56,277 nt of DNA from a virus (taxonomy: Duplodnaviria > Caudoviricetes): the IMG/VR virus record IMGVR_UViG_3300036045_000012, positions 1 to 56,277 of that record; one strand, given 5' to 3'. Below the pieces are notes generated by a model. The model made no database searches. It was given only the letters and a program-made list of their open reading frames with translations, and had not been told where the DNA came from. This document shows positions 1 to 9,939 of the stretch, piece after piece. The position numbers were made by a program, and so were the translations under genes. Position 1 is the stretch's first letter; each line of letters opens with the position of its first letter.

Positions 1-6
1 ACACGG

Positions 7-132
7 GCGCGACCTACGCAACGGTAAGACGGACGAGCAAGACCTTATCAGGCGCGGCATGTCCAAGAAGGACGCCAGAGCCATTATCGCGGCTGGCGAC
101 GCGCCGCCGCTGACGGTTGAAGACATTGTCGG
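7..132. repeat. Terminal direct repeat (copy 1) marking circular contig overlap
   Basis: 7-132 is identical to 56152-56277 (126 bp); the ORF starting at 55481 reads in frame into 59..1732. Confidence 0.95.
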
Positions 133-1732
133 TCGCGCCCGTGTCCTTCAAAAACAGGGCGGCGCCATCAATGAAACCATTGCCGAGATCGGCGGCCCCG
201 GCCTTCAGCGTCAGGCGCGCGCGGTCGCGAACGTGCCGGGGCCTGGACAGGGCATCGCCGACCGGACTTTTCAAAGTCGTACTGAAACCTTGACGCCGCG
301 CCTGCTCGAAGAGGCGACGCGGGCGACCAGCGAAGTTCCGCGCGCAATTGATCGCGCCGTTCGGTCGAAGGCTGCTGATGCGCGTCGCGCCGTCATTGCT
401 GAGATGGCGCAGACAAAGCCAGTGGGCTGGCGTCCAAACAAGTCGGACAACCGCGCAATCAACGCTGAGCTTGAGATGCGCGGGCAGTCTCTCGCCCAAC
501 TTCGCAATGAATCGCAGCCCCCACCGCCCCGCGACTTCTATGAGGCGCGGGAGGCGCTTCAGCGTGCGCGAAGCGGTCAAGGCCGCGCGGCCTATCGCGA
601 AGCCTACAGCGAGAAGATCAATCAAGACATTGTGCGGGTTCAGGTGGAGCCTTTGATGCGTAACGGCTCGCCTGAGGCGATCGCGAGCGCAGCGCGTCAG
701 CTTGATACAGAACTCCTGCGGGTGCGCTCTGCGATAGCGGACCAACAGCTTCGAGGGCCAAACGCCAACGAGGAAGAGATAAATCGGCTCGTTGCGGAAC
801 TCGATGACATTCAGATTGCTGGCGCACAACTTCGCGCGATCGCATCAGGAAAAGATGTTGAAGGAGTGAATGTTCGCGCGCTCGACTATTATCAGCGTGG
901 TCTTCGCCAACTCTCTGAGGCGGCGGGCCCCCGCACGCCTGAGGGCTCGGCGTTCAGTCAAGCGCGCGAAACCTTCAACAGCCTTGTCGATCAGGTCGCT
1001 CCGAGGTTCGGAGAGGCGCGCAGGCAGTACGGCGAATCCATGCGCGTGGAGGAAATGATGGAGGCCGGGCGGAAGGTCTTCAACATGCCGGAAGGTGAGC
1101 TTGACCAATTGCTGCGCGGTCCGCGCGGGCAGGGTCTCAGCGCCGATGAGCTGGACGGGTTCATGATCGGCGCGCTCGACGCCATACAGTCGAAGATCAA
1201 CGCAGGTGACACAGCGTTTGTCGCGCGTTTCATGAAAAACAAGAACTGGCAGGCGCAACTCGACCGCGCGCTGGGCGCAAAGAACGCCCAGCGCCTACGC
1301 TCTCGGATCGGTCGTGAGGCAGGAATGCGCCGGTTTGAAAATGATGTGAAGGGGGGATCGCGGACGACTCCATTGGCGGAAGACATCAAGTCCCTCACTA
1401 CGGGCGAAGACGAGTTGAGCTTCATCGCTGAAATCATCCAGGGCGGCGGCAATATCCGTAATCCGGTTTTGCGCCGCTTCGCCGCTGCTTACGACCGTTT
1501 CAATCGCCCCGGCATATACAATCGAAACGTCAATGAGGCGCTGTCAAAATGGCTTTACGAAAGGGCTACGCCGAAAAACCTGCGCCAACTGGAACTCGAA
1601 CTTCAGGCCCTTGAGGCGCGGTCAAGTCTAAATCTTCCTGACGGCCTATCGGGGGCCGCCGGCGTGTTTGGCGCACGTATCATGCCTGACGAGGAGAAAA
1701 AGCTCCTTGTCGAGCGCGGCGCCCCGCAATGA
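7..1732 (+). CDS. C-terminal part of ~798-aa internal virion/DNA-ejection protein that starts at 55481 and crosses the circular join
   Basis: ATG at 59 corresponds to 56204, in frame with ATG 55481; helical Ala/Arg-rich protein in the ejection-protein cluster. Confidence 0.75.
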
Positions 1733-4700
1733 GCTTATCGGACCTTTACCTGAGACTACGCGGCTCAGATGAACAGGAAGTGCGGCAGGAACGGTCAGCG
1801 CCCCCCCGCAACACGCCGTCCCCCATGGACGGCGGCCCAAGATCTAGAAAACGCGCTCCGTCGAAAGTTCAATCAAAGGGCGCGAATCAAGCCTCCCGCA
1901 ACCGCATGGCGTCGATTGCGAGGTCGCGTGCGATCTTGGAGGGGATTGAAGACTTGGGCGGGGCGCTTGCGTCGCCTTTCGTGGCGATGGCGACGACGCC
2001 GCTCGGGAAAAACACGATCCGGGAAATGCGCCGGGAAGCGCCGGAAGAGCCTTTCCTTGCCGGGCCGCGCTCGCCGGTGGACACAGACCCGTTCGCGGCG
2101 AATGTCGCCGATGAGATCGTTGTGACGGCGCAGCGGCTTACGCCGGAGGAGAAGGCAGCACGCACAATCGAACGTGCGGGAGAATTCGGCGAGCGTGTTT
2201 GGCGCGATCCTACGACGCAGGCTGTGGCGACGGCGCCGATCCGCGCCGGACAGTGGGCCGCCAAGGCGCCGTTCGATCCTATGGGCGCGCTTGGCGAAGC
2301 TGGCGGCTTCATGTTCCGGGACGCGCCGCGTGCGCTCGCGGAAAGCCCAGTCGGTCAATTCGCCAAAGCCATCTATGTCTATCCCGTCACTGGCGCGATT
2401 GCGGCTGAGCGCCGCGCGCTTGAGGCAGTTGATGCTGGTGAGTTGGACGGCGCGGTCGATGCCTACAAGGACGCTCACATCAACGAACTCCTTACGCTTG
2501 GCAACGCGGCCTTCGGCGCAGGCGATGCTGTGTTTCTGGCGAATCTCGGAAGAGGAGCGCGGGGCGCCAAAGCAGGCCCGCTGGCGGATGAGGCGTTTGC
2601 GCCGGCGGCTCCGCTGCGCGCGCCTGAGGCGCCAGGAACAGTCGCCGAAGAACTCATGCGCTTGCCCCCACAGAAAGCGGGCGAGCCCCCGGAACTCACG
2701 GCGTATCGCAACGCGCTTATCGAAGAACGCAACGCCGAGATCGCGGCGGAGAACGCAGCAAAGGCCGGGCAGCGCACGGCTGGCTTCGGTCATGCCAATA
2801 CGTTGGCGCAGCGCAGGGCGCTGGAGGAGGCGACGGCGCGCAACGGCGGGGCGTTTTCTCCCGCGCCACGCTATGGCGAGAATGCGCTGTCCGAGCCCGT
2901 CCCGGTCACGCCTGCTCGCGTCGATCCGGTCAACCGGATGCGCTTTAGCGCAAGCGATCCGCCGGACCGGGGGGCGCTCTTTCCGCAAGCCCCTCAAGGC
3001 GCTCTCTCCGATCCGTTCGAGCCGATAGGCAATGCAAGGGGAGGAGCGCCGCAGGCGGGGGTGGGCGCCAGCGCAGCGAATGATCGCGGGCTTGTCGGAG
3101 CGGTGCGCGGCGCGCTCGCCGAAGATGCTGCCGCGTTGCGCAATCGCCCGCGCAATCTGCGGGCGGCATCGACCGTGGAAACCGTGCGGGCTCGGAACAT
3201 GGGCGTGGTGCCTGGGGATGATGGAGTCTATGCGCGCGGCTACCACGGGTCTCCTAACGAGTTCAATCGCTTGGACGAAGGACGCATAGGGACTGGAAAT
3301 AGCCGTGGGGAGGGCGGATACGGATTCTATTTCTTCGACGATGCGGATCTTGCGGCCAGCCGCGGGCATGTCTACGCAGCGGACCTGCCGGATGGCCCCT
3401 ACATTGACTTCGATGCGCCGGTTTCCGAGCAACCGGAAGCCGTCAAGGCTGCACTGAGAGCCCTTGGAATCAATGTTGAGCGCGCCCCTCCTCCGGGGCT
3501 CTCCATACGCAGATCGCCTGACGGGTCAGTGGACCTGCAGATGCCCGGCGAGGACGGCTGGCGGACGTTCAGAAGCGAAGCGGCGGCGAGAGGGTATGCC
3601 GCGCGCGCCTCCGGCGCAGATGTCTATCATGAGCTCGCACGCAAGCTCGGCGGCCAACGCGCAGCGTCGGAAGCGCTTGCGGACGCGGGAATAGCAGGCG
3701 TCCGTTCACCTGGGCGTGCAGGCGGGACAGTGACCAATGTGTTCCCGCGCAACGGCGAAGGGCCTCGGTTGCTCAGTCGGGACGGCCGCCCTCTCCCCGG
3801 CAACCAGCAAAGACTGGCCCCGGATGAACCGGAGGGGGTGTTTGCGCCGGCGCGGGGTCGTCAAGGGGAACAAAGCAATGGTATCGGAAACGAAACGAAC
3901 AGAACATCTACGGAACGTCTCATAAACCCTTGGCGAGAAGAAAAAGCGCCACATGGAACGACTGCAGGGGCTCTCGCCGATTACTCTGACGGACTATCGT
4001 GGGCCGAAGTGGCCCGCCGAAACGGGCACTCCGGCGCAGATTCCGCGAAGCAAAACGTGAACCTCCTGCTACGCCGCGCCCGCCTCCGTATTGCTGACGG
4101 CCATAGCATCGAGAAAGTGGCCGCTGAAAACGGCACGGATGCGAAGACCCTCCAGCGGGCATTGGATGCGGGTCCTCGCCCACCCCGTGTTAAGAGCGAC
4201 GCCAACAAAGAACTGCTTGAGCGAATTGTTCCGCTTTGGAACCGCAGTTCGGTTGGTGCAGACGGAGTCGAAGTTCCTGCGCTTTCCCTGAGGCAGATCG
4301 CCGAGGAGCTCAACCTGCCGTTTGGCAAGGTCGCAGGTGTAATCAGCCGTTCTGACGACACAAGGCTGCGCCCGCGCATCCCGGGATCGCTTCGCGGATG
4401 GAAACCGGGAAGCGGCGGCATTGACCCGTGGTCTAACAACGCGCGCGCCGCACGGTCGGTGAACACCAAAAAGCCTGACGCCGCCAACATCTTCGCCCCT
4501 CTTGGCTATGGCTCTCTTGGCGGAGCGCTAGCGCTTGGGGCGGGGGATGCAGAGGCGCAGGAAGGCGACGAGATTGAAGCCCTGAAACAGCGTATCGCCG
4601 AACTGGAAGAAGACGAACGCCTCGTCAACAATCTCAATGACCCCGCCTCGGTCCGGAAAGTCCAGCGCCGGATCAATGTCAACGACGACGGGGTTATCGG

Positions 4701-5508
4701 CGTGGAGACGAGACAAGCGATTGACGCTTACAGGGAGCGCGTGCGCGGGGATCTGGGCGAAGCGCGCGCGCGCCTTCAGGCCTTTGAAGAGGCGGAGGCC
4801 GAACAATCCACCAGGGCCACGCCGTTCCAGCAAGCGGCGCGCGAGTTTGGTCCCTATGCCGGTCTTGGCGCCGGGCTGCTGTTAGGCCACCTCACCCGTG
4901 GCGGCGCGGTCCGCGGCGCCGATCGTGCGCTGGCGGCGCGCAATGCGCGGGCGGACGCCTTGCTCACGGAAGCGCCCTTGCGCGGCGGCCCGAAGGCGGC
5001 GGCTAAGCGCGTCGGCAATCTCAACGATTTCTGGTGGCGCGGCGGCGCGGGAAATCGCGTGCCGTTCGAGGCGGCGAAAACACCGCGCGGTTTCAAGCCG
5101 CGCAAGGACGCCGCCGCCGCCTCCGAGCTCTTCCAACCACAGGCGACCCTGCTCCGCATCCCCGATTATGGTTTCATGGGACTTGGCGCACTGGACGCAA
5201 CGATTGCAACCGGGTTCCTGAATGAGGCCAAACGCGAGCAGGAAGCGGCGCGGGAAGCAGTGCGGCTTGATCCCAGCGTCGCCAATCGCGTTCGTCTTGA
5301 ACAGGCCAATGACGCAGTGGCTCTCTGGACGTCCGCGCAGCGCTTCGGCATTGGGATGGCGACCGGACGCGGAGGATCAGCGTTCACGCACCGCTACTCG
5401 AACGCGCGCCCGAATGTCGCCTTGGCGGATCGAGAGCGGATTCTTCTCAACCAGTATCTGACAGCCAAGCGCAAGCCGAAACCAAAGCCTAAGAAGGCGA
5501 CCGACTAG
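1729..5508 (+). CDS. Large polyvalent virion-ejected protein: ADP-ribosyltransferase-like domain, three HTHs, PG-binding domain
   Basis: 1259 aa, ATGA overlap with upstream gene; YHGSPNEF..IGTG..GEGGYGFYF (ART-PolyVal-like, from ~3241); HTHs GLSWAEVARR, GHSIEKVAAENG, LSLRQIAEELN; VRKVQRRINVNDDGVIGVETRQAI (PG_binding_1-like). Confidence 0.75.
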   Translation: MSLSDLYLRLRGSDEQEVRQERSAPPRNTPSPMDGGPRSRKRAPSKVQSKGANQASRNRMASIARSRAILEGIEDLGGALASPFVAMATTPLGKNTIREMRREAPEEPFLAGPRSPVDTDPFAANVADEIVVTAQRLTPEEKAARTIERAGEFGERVWRDPTTQAVATAPIRAGQWAAKAPFDPMGALGEAGGFMFRDAPRALAESPVGQFAKAIYVYPVTGAIAAERRALEAVDAGELDGAVDAYKDAHINELLTLGNAAFGAGDAVFLANLGRGARGAKAGPLADEAFAPAAPLRAPEAPGTVAEELMRLPPQKAGEPPELTAYRNALIEERNAEIAAENAAKAGQRTAGFGHANTLAQRRALEEATARNGGAFSPAPRYGENALSEPVPVTPARVDPVNRMRFSASDPPDRGALFPQAPQGALSDPFEPIGNARGGAPQAGVGASAANDRGLVGAVRGALAEDAAALRNRPRNLRAASTVETVRARNMGVVPGDDGVYARGYHGSPNEFNRLDEGRIGTGNSRGEGGYGFYFFDDADLAASRGHVYAADLPDGPYIDFDAPVSEQPEAVKAALRALGINVERAPPPGLSIRRSPDGSVDLQMPGEDGWRTFRSEAAARGYAARASGADVYHELARKLGGQRAASEALADAGIAGVRSPGRAGGTVTNVFPRNGEGPRLLSRDGRPLPGNQQRLAPDEPEGVFAPARGRQGEQSNGIGNETNRTSTERLINPWREEKAPHGTTAGALADYSDGLSWAEVARRNGHSGADSAKQNVNLLLRRARLRIADGHSIEKVAAENGTDAKTLQRALDAGPRPPRVKSDANKELLERIVPLWNRSSVGADGVEVPALSLRQIAEELNLPFGKVAGVISRSDDTRLRPRIPGSLRGWKPGSGGIDPWSNNARAARSVNTKKPDAANIFAPLGYGSLGGALALGAGDAEAQEGDEIEALKQRIAELEEDERLVNNLNDPASVRKVQRRINVNDDGVIGVETRQAIDAYRERVRGDLGEARARLQAFEEAEAEQSTRATPFQQAAREFGPYAGLGAGLLLGHLTRGGAVRGADRALAARNARADALLTEAPLRGGPKAAAKRVGNLNDFWWRGGAGNRVPFEAAKTPRGFKPRKDAAAASELFQPQATLLRIPDYGFMGLGALDATIATGFLNEAKREQEAAREAVRLDPSVANRVRLEQANDAVALWTSAQRFGIGMATGRGGSAFTHRYSNARPNVALADRERILLNQYLTAKRKPKPKPKKATD

Positions 5509-5732
5509 TCGGCGCGCGGGAGCCTCCGGCCTTGCCAATAGACCATCGCACATCCGGCGGCGCCAACGGCGATCATGGTAATCGCCAACCACAAAGGCAG
5601 GATGAAGGTCCGGTCCGAAGGGGAGAGGCGGTCAAGCACGCCGTTCGCTCCAAGAACGCCGTTGAGGAAAAAGAACCACCACGCGCTTTTCATGTTCCGG
5701 AGTCTGCCACAACCTCCCGAGAAAACCAGCAA
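5505..5732 (-). CDS. Small two-TM membrane protein (moron)
   Basis: Hydrophobic segments AWWFFFLNGVLGA and FILPLWLAITMIAVGAAGCAMVYW; true start uncertain. Confidence 0.55.
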   Translation of the reverse strand: MLVFSGGCGRLRNMKSAWWFFFLNGVLGANGVLDRLSPSDRTFILPLWLAITMIAVGAAGCAMVYWQGRRLPRAD

Positions 5733-5783
5733 AAAGCGAAGGATCGGGCCCTCGCATAAGCAATCTTATGTAAAATCAGGAGG

Positions 5784-6098
5784 TTAGCACCCTGCCGTCC
5801 TGTAGCCGACCACCCGTTCCACGCCGTCATCGCCCGTCTTTGCGAAAAGGGTGCGGATGCAATCGAAGGGGATAGACGAAGCGGCGATCTGCGTTTCGAC
5901 GGTCGCGCCGGTCGAGGTGCGCTCAATCTCGGAGCGGGCGGTCGAGCCGTCAGGCATTGCGAATTTCGTGCGCGGGACGCCGCGATCGACAAACGCCTCC
6001 TGAATGGGACGGCCCACATAGGAGGCCATCTCCTTTTCCACGCTAGCGCATCCAGCCAGAAGCGTCGCTGCCAAAGCGAAGACCAAACCCCGCATCAT
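5784..6098 (-). CDS. Lipoprotein (moron, possible superinfection exclusion)
   Basis: MMRGLVFALAATLLAGC lipobox; GGAGGGG RBS just upstream of ATG 6098. Confidence 0.75.
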   Translation of the reverse strand: MMRGLVFALAATLLAGCASVEKEMASYVGRPIQEAFVDRGVPRTKFAMPDGSTARSEIERTSTGATVETQIAASSIPFDCIRTLFAKTGDDGVERVVGYRTAGC

Positions 6099-6121
6099 CC
6101 CCTCCGCGTCCATTCCGGACG

Positions 6122-6152
6122 AACCCGCCATGCCTTGGCGCGCCACGATAAT
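6122..6152 (+). promoter_or_regulatory. Late promoter motif upstream of tailspike
   Basis: AACCCGC-N18-GATAAT, ATG 8 nt later; same geometry at five other late-gene starts. Confidence 0.7.
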
Positions 6153-6160
6153 CTGCGCCC

Positions 6161-8524
6161 ATGGGATATCGCCTCGACCTCGGGCAAGCGCATCAGATAA
6201 CGTCCTCCGGCGCGCCACAAACCGGAGCTTTACTCTACGTCTATGCCAACACGACGACAACCCCGGTGGCGTTGTTCTCGGACTTCGACACGCTTGTGTC
6301 TGCGGCGAATCCGGTGGTGGCGGATTCTACGGGCCGCTTCCCGTATCGCTTCACTGCTGCTGAAGGGCCGCATACTTATGTCCTGAAGACAGCGGCGGGC
6401 GTGACCCTCTGGAGCGCCGACGACATCTTCGCCTACCCAGGCGACGTCGTCACGCTCCTCGCCAATGCGGGAGCCGTGTTCGCGACCCGCACTGCGGCGA
6501 TCGCCGCAACGATCCCCTCGACAGTTACCGCCATCGAAGTTCTACAGTACGCGGCAGGAACTTCGTACGCTGGATCACGCGCGCACTACCGGCGCGATAC
6601 CTCCGCTCCCTCCCACGCCGCCTATTTCCAGAGCGCGGACGGGGCCTATTGGGTGATGGACGAGCCCGACGCCTGGCTGAAAATGCTCGGCGCGGTCGAC
6701 GGGACGGGCGTCAATTCCCGCACGGCGGTGCAGAACCTCTTCGCGCTTCTGGCGGCGGAGGGCGCTTCGGTCGGCCGCGGCGAGATCGCACAATACCGGC
6801 TCGACAGCGGCGTCACCGGAACCGCTCCGGTGAAGTTCATCGGCGCGGGATCGGGCTCTGGCGGCGGCACAGCGACGAACGCAAACGCCACTGTCTTCAT
6901 GGTCAACTTCACCAACGGCGATGGGTTTGCGTTCACCACGCCTTACGGTGTCGACCTGTCGGGCTTGCGCATCGAGGACAACACCGGCGCGCGGGCGTCG
7001 GGCGCAGGCCTTGCGATCATCGGCTCGTCCGGCGTCAACGCCAATTCCCGCCTCACGGACGTTTCCACTTCCGGACAATATGACGGCATCCGCCTGCAGG
7101 ACGTGGCCTATCCGATCATCGACGGAGGCTATGACCAGGCATGGAAGCGCAGCGCCATCCGCTGCACCGTCGTCCAGGCGATCGAGAATTCCTTCGGGCA
7201 CATCCGCGACCGCTACTGCTTCGGCGACACGACGGCGGGCACGACGCAGGAAAGCTGCATTCACACCGAAGGGGGTTACCTTCTCGTCTCCGGCGGTCTC
7301 GCGCTTGGCGCACAGTACGGCTTTCGCTGCGTCCTCGGCGCCGGCTACCAGGCCGGCAACATCACAATCCGCGATCACAAGGCGGAAGAGAACGACATTG
7401 CAGGATGGCAATTTCAGGCGGGCGCAGGCGCGGCGCTCGCCATGCTTCTCATTGATGGCGGCGAGTTCGCGAACGACACGACCCACGGCAATTACCGGGC
7501 CGGCGTCCGCTTCGTCGATAACGGCTCCGACTGGCTATCTGTCTTTGTCGTTTCGAACATGCGGGGACGTCCGCGGATCACGCGCAACGACAGCGCCGCG
7601 TTCGAGATCGAGACCGGCGTCGACGGCACGATCTGCGATTCAGAAGTCGAACTCATGTCTGGGTCCAGCACGACGGCCTATGGCTGCCGGGTCGGCGCGC
7701 AGGTCAAGCGGCTCCGCATCCAGAACGTGAAGTTCAAGGGCTTCACTACGCCTTATGTCTTCTCGGGGACAGACAATGTTCTGCTTGAGGATTTCGCGAC
7801 GGGCCTCACGGTTGCGCAGGTGAACGCGCTGGCGACCGGATGCATCGACGGGTCGCGTGTTCTCGTCACGAATGGAAAGAAAGGCTCGGTCCCCCTCACC
7901 GCCGGCAGCGAAACGCTGATCGCGGTCCTGCGCAGCGGGCAATGGGAATGCGAGACCGCCTCCGGCGCCGAGGTCAAGCTGAACTCCGGCACGGTGTCGG
8001 CCGCGGCGACGCTGGACATTCCGTTCCTGGCTTCCGTCTATGGATCTGGGTTCAGGGGGTTCCAGATCGAGCTCGACTCCATGATCCCGGCGACCGACGG
8101 GGCGATCCCGTGGTTGAGGACTTCGACCAATGGCGGGTCTAGCTTCGATGCGGGCGCCAATGACTACGAGTATGCGGCGCATGCAATTCGCAACGACGGC
8201 ACGGTTGCTGCGCAGGTGTATGACGGCGGCTTGGGTGCCGCACAGATCGCGCTCGGCCGTACCGACGGCGGCGGAACCGGGGTCGGCAATGGTAGCGACG
8301 AAGGTTTCAACGCCACGCTGAAGATCATGAACCCGACCTCCTCCGCGCTGAAGGGCCGCGTCACCTATGACTGCGTCTATCTCGACGACAGCGCGGGCGT
8401 CGGCGTGTGGCGCGTCGCCGGCGCAGGCTACCGGGCGACGGCGCAGGACACGGACGCGCTCCGCTTCATGTTCTCGACAGGCAATATCGCCTCGGGTCGC
8501 TGGGCGCTTTACGGGATCCGATAA
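6161..8524 (+). CDS. Tailspike / receptor-binding protein with beta-helix region
   Basis: N-terminal GALLYVYANTTTTPVALFSD..ANPVVADSTGRF particle-binding-like domain; LKMLGAVDGTGVNSRTAVQ pectate-lyase-like start; Gly/Asn-rich beta repeats. Confidence 0.85.
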   Translation: MGYRLDLGQAHQITSSGAPQTGALLYVYANTTTTPVALFSDFDTLVSAANPVVADSTGRFPYRFTAAEGPHTYVLKTAAGVTLWSADDIFAYPGDVVTLLANAGAVFATRTAAIAATIPSTVTAIEVLQYAAGTSYAGSRAHYRRDTSAPSHAAYFQSADGAYWVMDEPDAWLKMLGAVDGTGVNSRTAVQNLFALLAAEGASVGRGEIAQYRLDSGVTGTAPVKFIGAGSGSGGGTATNANATVFMVNFTNGDGFAFTTPYGVDLSGLRIEDNTGARASGAGLAIIGSSGVNANSRLTDVSTSGQYDGIRLQDVAYPIIDGGYDQAWKRSAIRCTVVQAIENSFGHIRDRYCFGDTTAGTTQESCIHTEGGYLLVSGGLALGAQYGFRCVLGAGYQAGNITIRDHKAEENDIAGWQFQAGAGAALAMLLIDGGEFANDTTHGNYRAGVRFVDNGSDWLSVFVVSNMRGRPRITRNDSAAFEIETGVDGTICDSEVELMSGSSTTAYGCRVGAQVKRLRIQNVKFKGFTTPYVFSGTDNVLLEDFATGLTVAQVNALATGCIDGSRVLVTNGKKGSVPLTAGSETLIAVLRSGQWECETASGAEVKLNSGTVSAAATLDIPFLASVYGSGFRGFQIELDSMIPATDGAIPWLRTSTNGGSSFDAGANDYEYAAHAIRNDGTVAAQVYDGGLGAAQIALGRTDGGGTGVGNGSDEGFNATLKIMNPTSSALKGRVTYDCVYLDDSAGVGVWRVAGAGYRATAQDTDALRFMFSTGNIASGRWALYGIR

Positions 8525-8554
8525 ACCCGCGCCGCGCTGCGCCGTGGCGATACT
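8524..8554 (+). promoter_or_regulatory. Late promoter motif upstream of lysis cassette
   Basis: AACCCGC-N18-GATACT, ATG 7 nt later. Confidence 0.7.
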
Positions 8555-8561
8555 GGGCTCC

Positions 8562-8888
8562 ATGAGCGAAGCATCTCCCCCGCGCGGCGGCGTGGTCCCT
8601 CCCTCAAGCCATGATGCTTTCGAGGACTTCATCGGCCGCCGCAAGGACTGGATTGTGATGTTCAACCGCGTCGTGCGTCCGGCGCTGTTCGGCGGGATTT
8701 CCGTGGCCGTCGTGCTGATGGTGCTGATGGTGGGGCTTGCCTTCGGGGTTGCGGCGATGCGCGCGGCATTTGCTCTGCCGGTTGGCGACATGTCGCTCGG
8801 CTTCGCACCGCTCCTGCTCGCCGCGCTTCCGATCATCTTGCATCCGATCACCCGGTCTTTTGACAAGCGCGCACGGGTGGCGGACTGA
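8562..8888 (+). CDS. Two-TM membrane protein, holin candidate
   Basis: 108 aa, two hydrophobic helices, first gene of cassette preceding spanins. Confidence 0.55.
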   Translation: MSEASPPRGGVVPPSSHDAFEDFIGRRKDWIVMFNRVVRPALFGGISVAVVLMVLMVGLAFGVAAMRAAFALPVGDMSLGFAPLLLAALPIILHPITRSFDKRARVAD

Positions 8889-9142
8889 TGACCTTCACCG
8901 TATCTGCAGAGTTGATCCTTTCGCTTGCGATCGTGCTCATCGGGCTTGGCGTAGGTTGGGGCCTTTTCCGCGGCGCCATGGCCTCCGTGGTGGAACGGGT
9001 GGACAAGCTGGAAGTCCGACATGACACGCACGTCGAGAAAGTCGACAAGCTCTGCACGGACGTTTCCGCGCTTGTGGCGCGGATCGACATGATCTTCACG
9101 ATGGGGCGGCAGGACGCGGTTCTCCGCAAGGGCGGCGCATGA
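8888..9142 (+). CDS. One-TM + coiled-coil protein, holin/antiholin candidate
   Basis: N-terminal TM LILSLAIVLIGLGVGWGLF followed by VERVDKLE..VDKL coiled coil; TGATG coupling. Confidence 0.6.
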   Translation: MTFTVSAELILSLAIVLIGLGVGWGLFRGAMASVVERVDKLEVRHDTHVEKVDKLCTDVSALVARIDMIFTMGRQDAVLRKGGA

Positions 9143-9384
9143 CGCTCTCCGCCTTCGACGGCCGCACCCAAATCTGGCTCGACCGCATCTCCAAGCAGAC
9201 GATCAAGAAGGACCGCTACGGGGACGAGTTCACCCTGAGCGCGCCGATCGTGCGGTGTCCGCTCTGCGGGCGCGGCATTCGCGGCGAGGGTTCCGAGCTT
9301 GCGGAGAACTGCCCGCACAACCGGATCGGCGGCGCGCTCCCCTGCCCCATGGCGGTTAGCCATGCTGCGGAGGTGCGCGCTTGA
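9139..9384 (+). CDS. Small Cys-rich hypothetical protein
   Basis: CPLC and CPH..C; ATGA overlap. Confidence 0.6.
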   Translation: MTLSAFDGRTQIWLDRISKQTIKKDRYGDEFTLSAPIVRCPLCGRGIRGEGSELAENCPHNRIGGALPCPMAVSHAAEVRA

Positions 9385-9476
9385 TCATCCTCGAACCCAA
9401 GGCCTGGGCGATGCTCTTGTGCGGGGCCGCGCTTCTGCTGGCGTGGTGGCTGCTTGAGCAATGCAGGGCGCGGTGA
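9381..9476 (+). CDS. 31-aa membrane peptide
   Basis: GGAGG RBS, TTG start overlapping previous stop, AWAMLLCGAALLLAWWLL; too short for the ORF track. Confidence 0.45.
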   Translation: MIILEPKAWAMLLCGAALLLAWWLLEQCRAR

Positions 9477-9477
9477 G

Positions 9478-9939
9478 ATGACGACGTTGTTCGCAGGCGC
9501 GGCGGCATGGTGGGCGGGGCTCAATCCCGTGGCGAAGCGGTGGGTCGCGATTGCGGTCATCGCCATCGCCTTCGGCTGGGTCATGTTCTCATGGGGCGGC
9601 GAAGCGGCGCGGGATGAAATCGCCCGCCAGCAACAGGTCGCCGCGAAGCGCGTCGTGAAGATCACGACAAGGGCGCAAGACAACCTGGATGGTGAGACAG
9701 CGCGGATCGGCGCAGAGGCCGAACGCAACGAAGCGCGCGCCGTCCAGATCGTCGAGCGCGTGAAGACAGAGGTGCGCTATGAAATGGCGAAAGAGGCTGA
9801 TCCGCGCGAGCGCCTGCGCATTTGGCGCGATGGCGCTCGCAAGCTGCGCGATGACCTCGCAACTCAACGTGAGTCCCTCCCTGACGGCAAAGATCCCGCC
9901 AAAGGTGCGTCAACGCTGCGCGGGTCCGGCGCACCCTGA
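9478..9939 (+). CDS. Rz: Inner-membrane spanin (Rz-like)
   Basis: N-terminal TM followed by helical periplasmic domain; overlapped by a lipoprotein ORF. Confidence 0.75.
   Translation: MTTLFAGAAAWWAGLNPVAKRWVAIAVIAIAFGWVMFSWGGEAARDEIARQQQVAAKRVVKITTRAQDNLDGETARIGAEAERNEARAVQIVERVKTEVRYEMAKEADPRERLRIWRDGARKLRDDLATQRESLPDGKDPAKGASTLRGSGAP

Noticed and set aside
1-6. Six leading bases not matching the circle as a physical terminus or att junction
   Set aside because: Falls mid-gene, far from attP; most simply an assembly tip.
1873-3432. Long antisense ORFs (also 38940-40688, 51119-52612, 20551-21753, 28111-29205 and others)
   Set aside because: Shadows of real GC-rich genes on the opposite strand, with no motifs.
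6161-8524. Diversity-generating retroelement or invertible tail-fibre switch
   Set aside because: No reverse transcriptase, template repeat or invertase seen in the genome.
9381-9476. C-terminal remnant of a deleted endolysin
   Set aside because: In-frame stop at 9357 and its own RBS/TTG start argue for a separate peptide gene.
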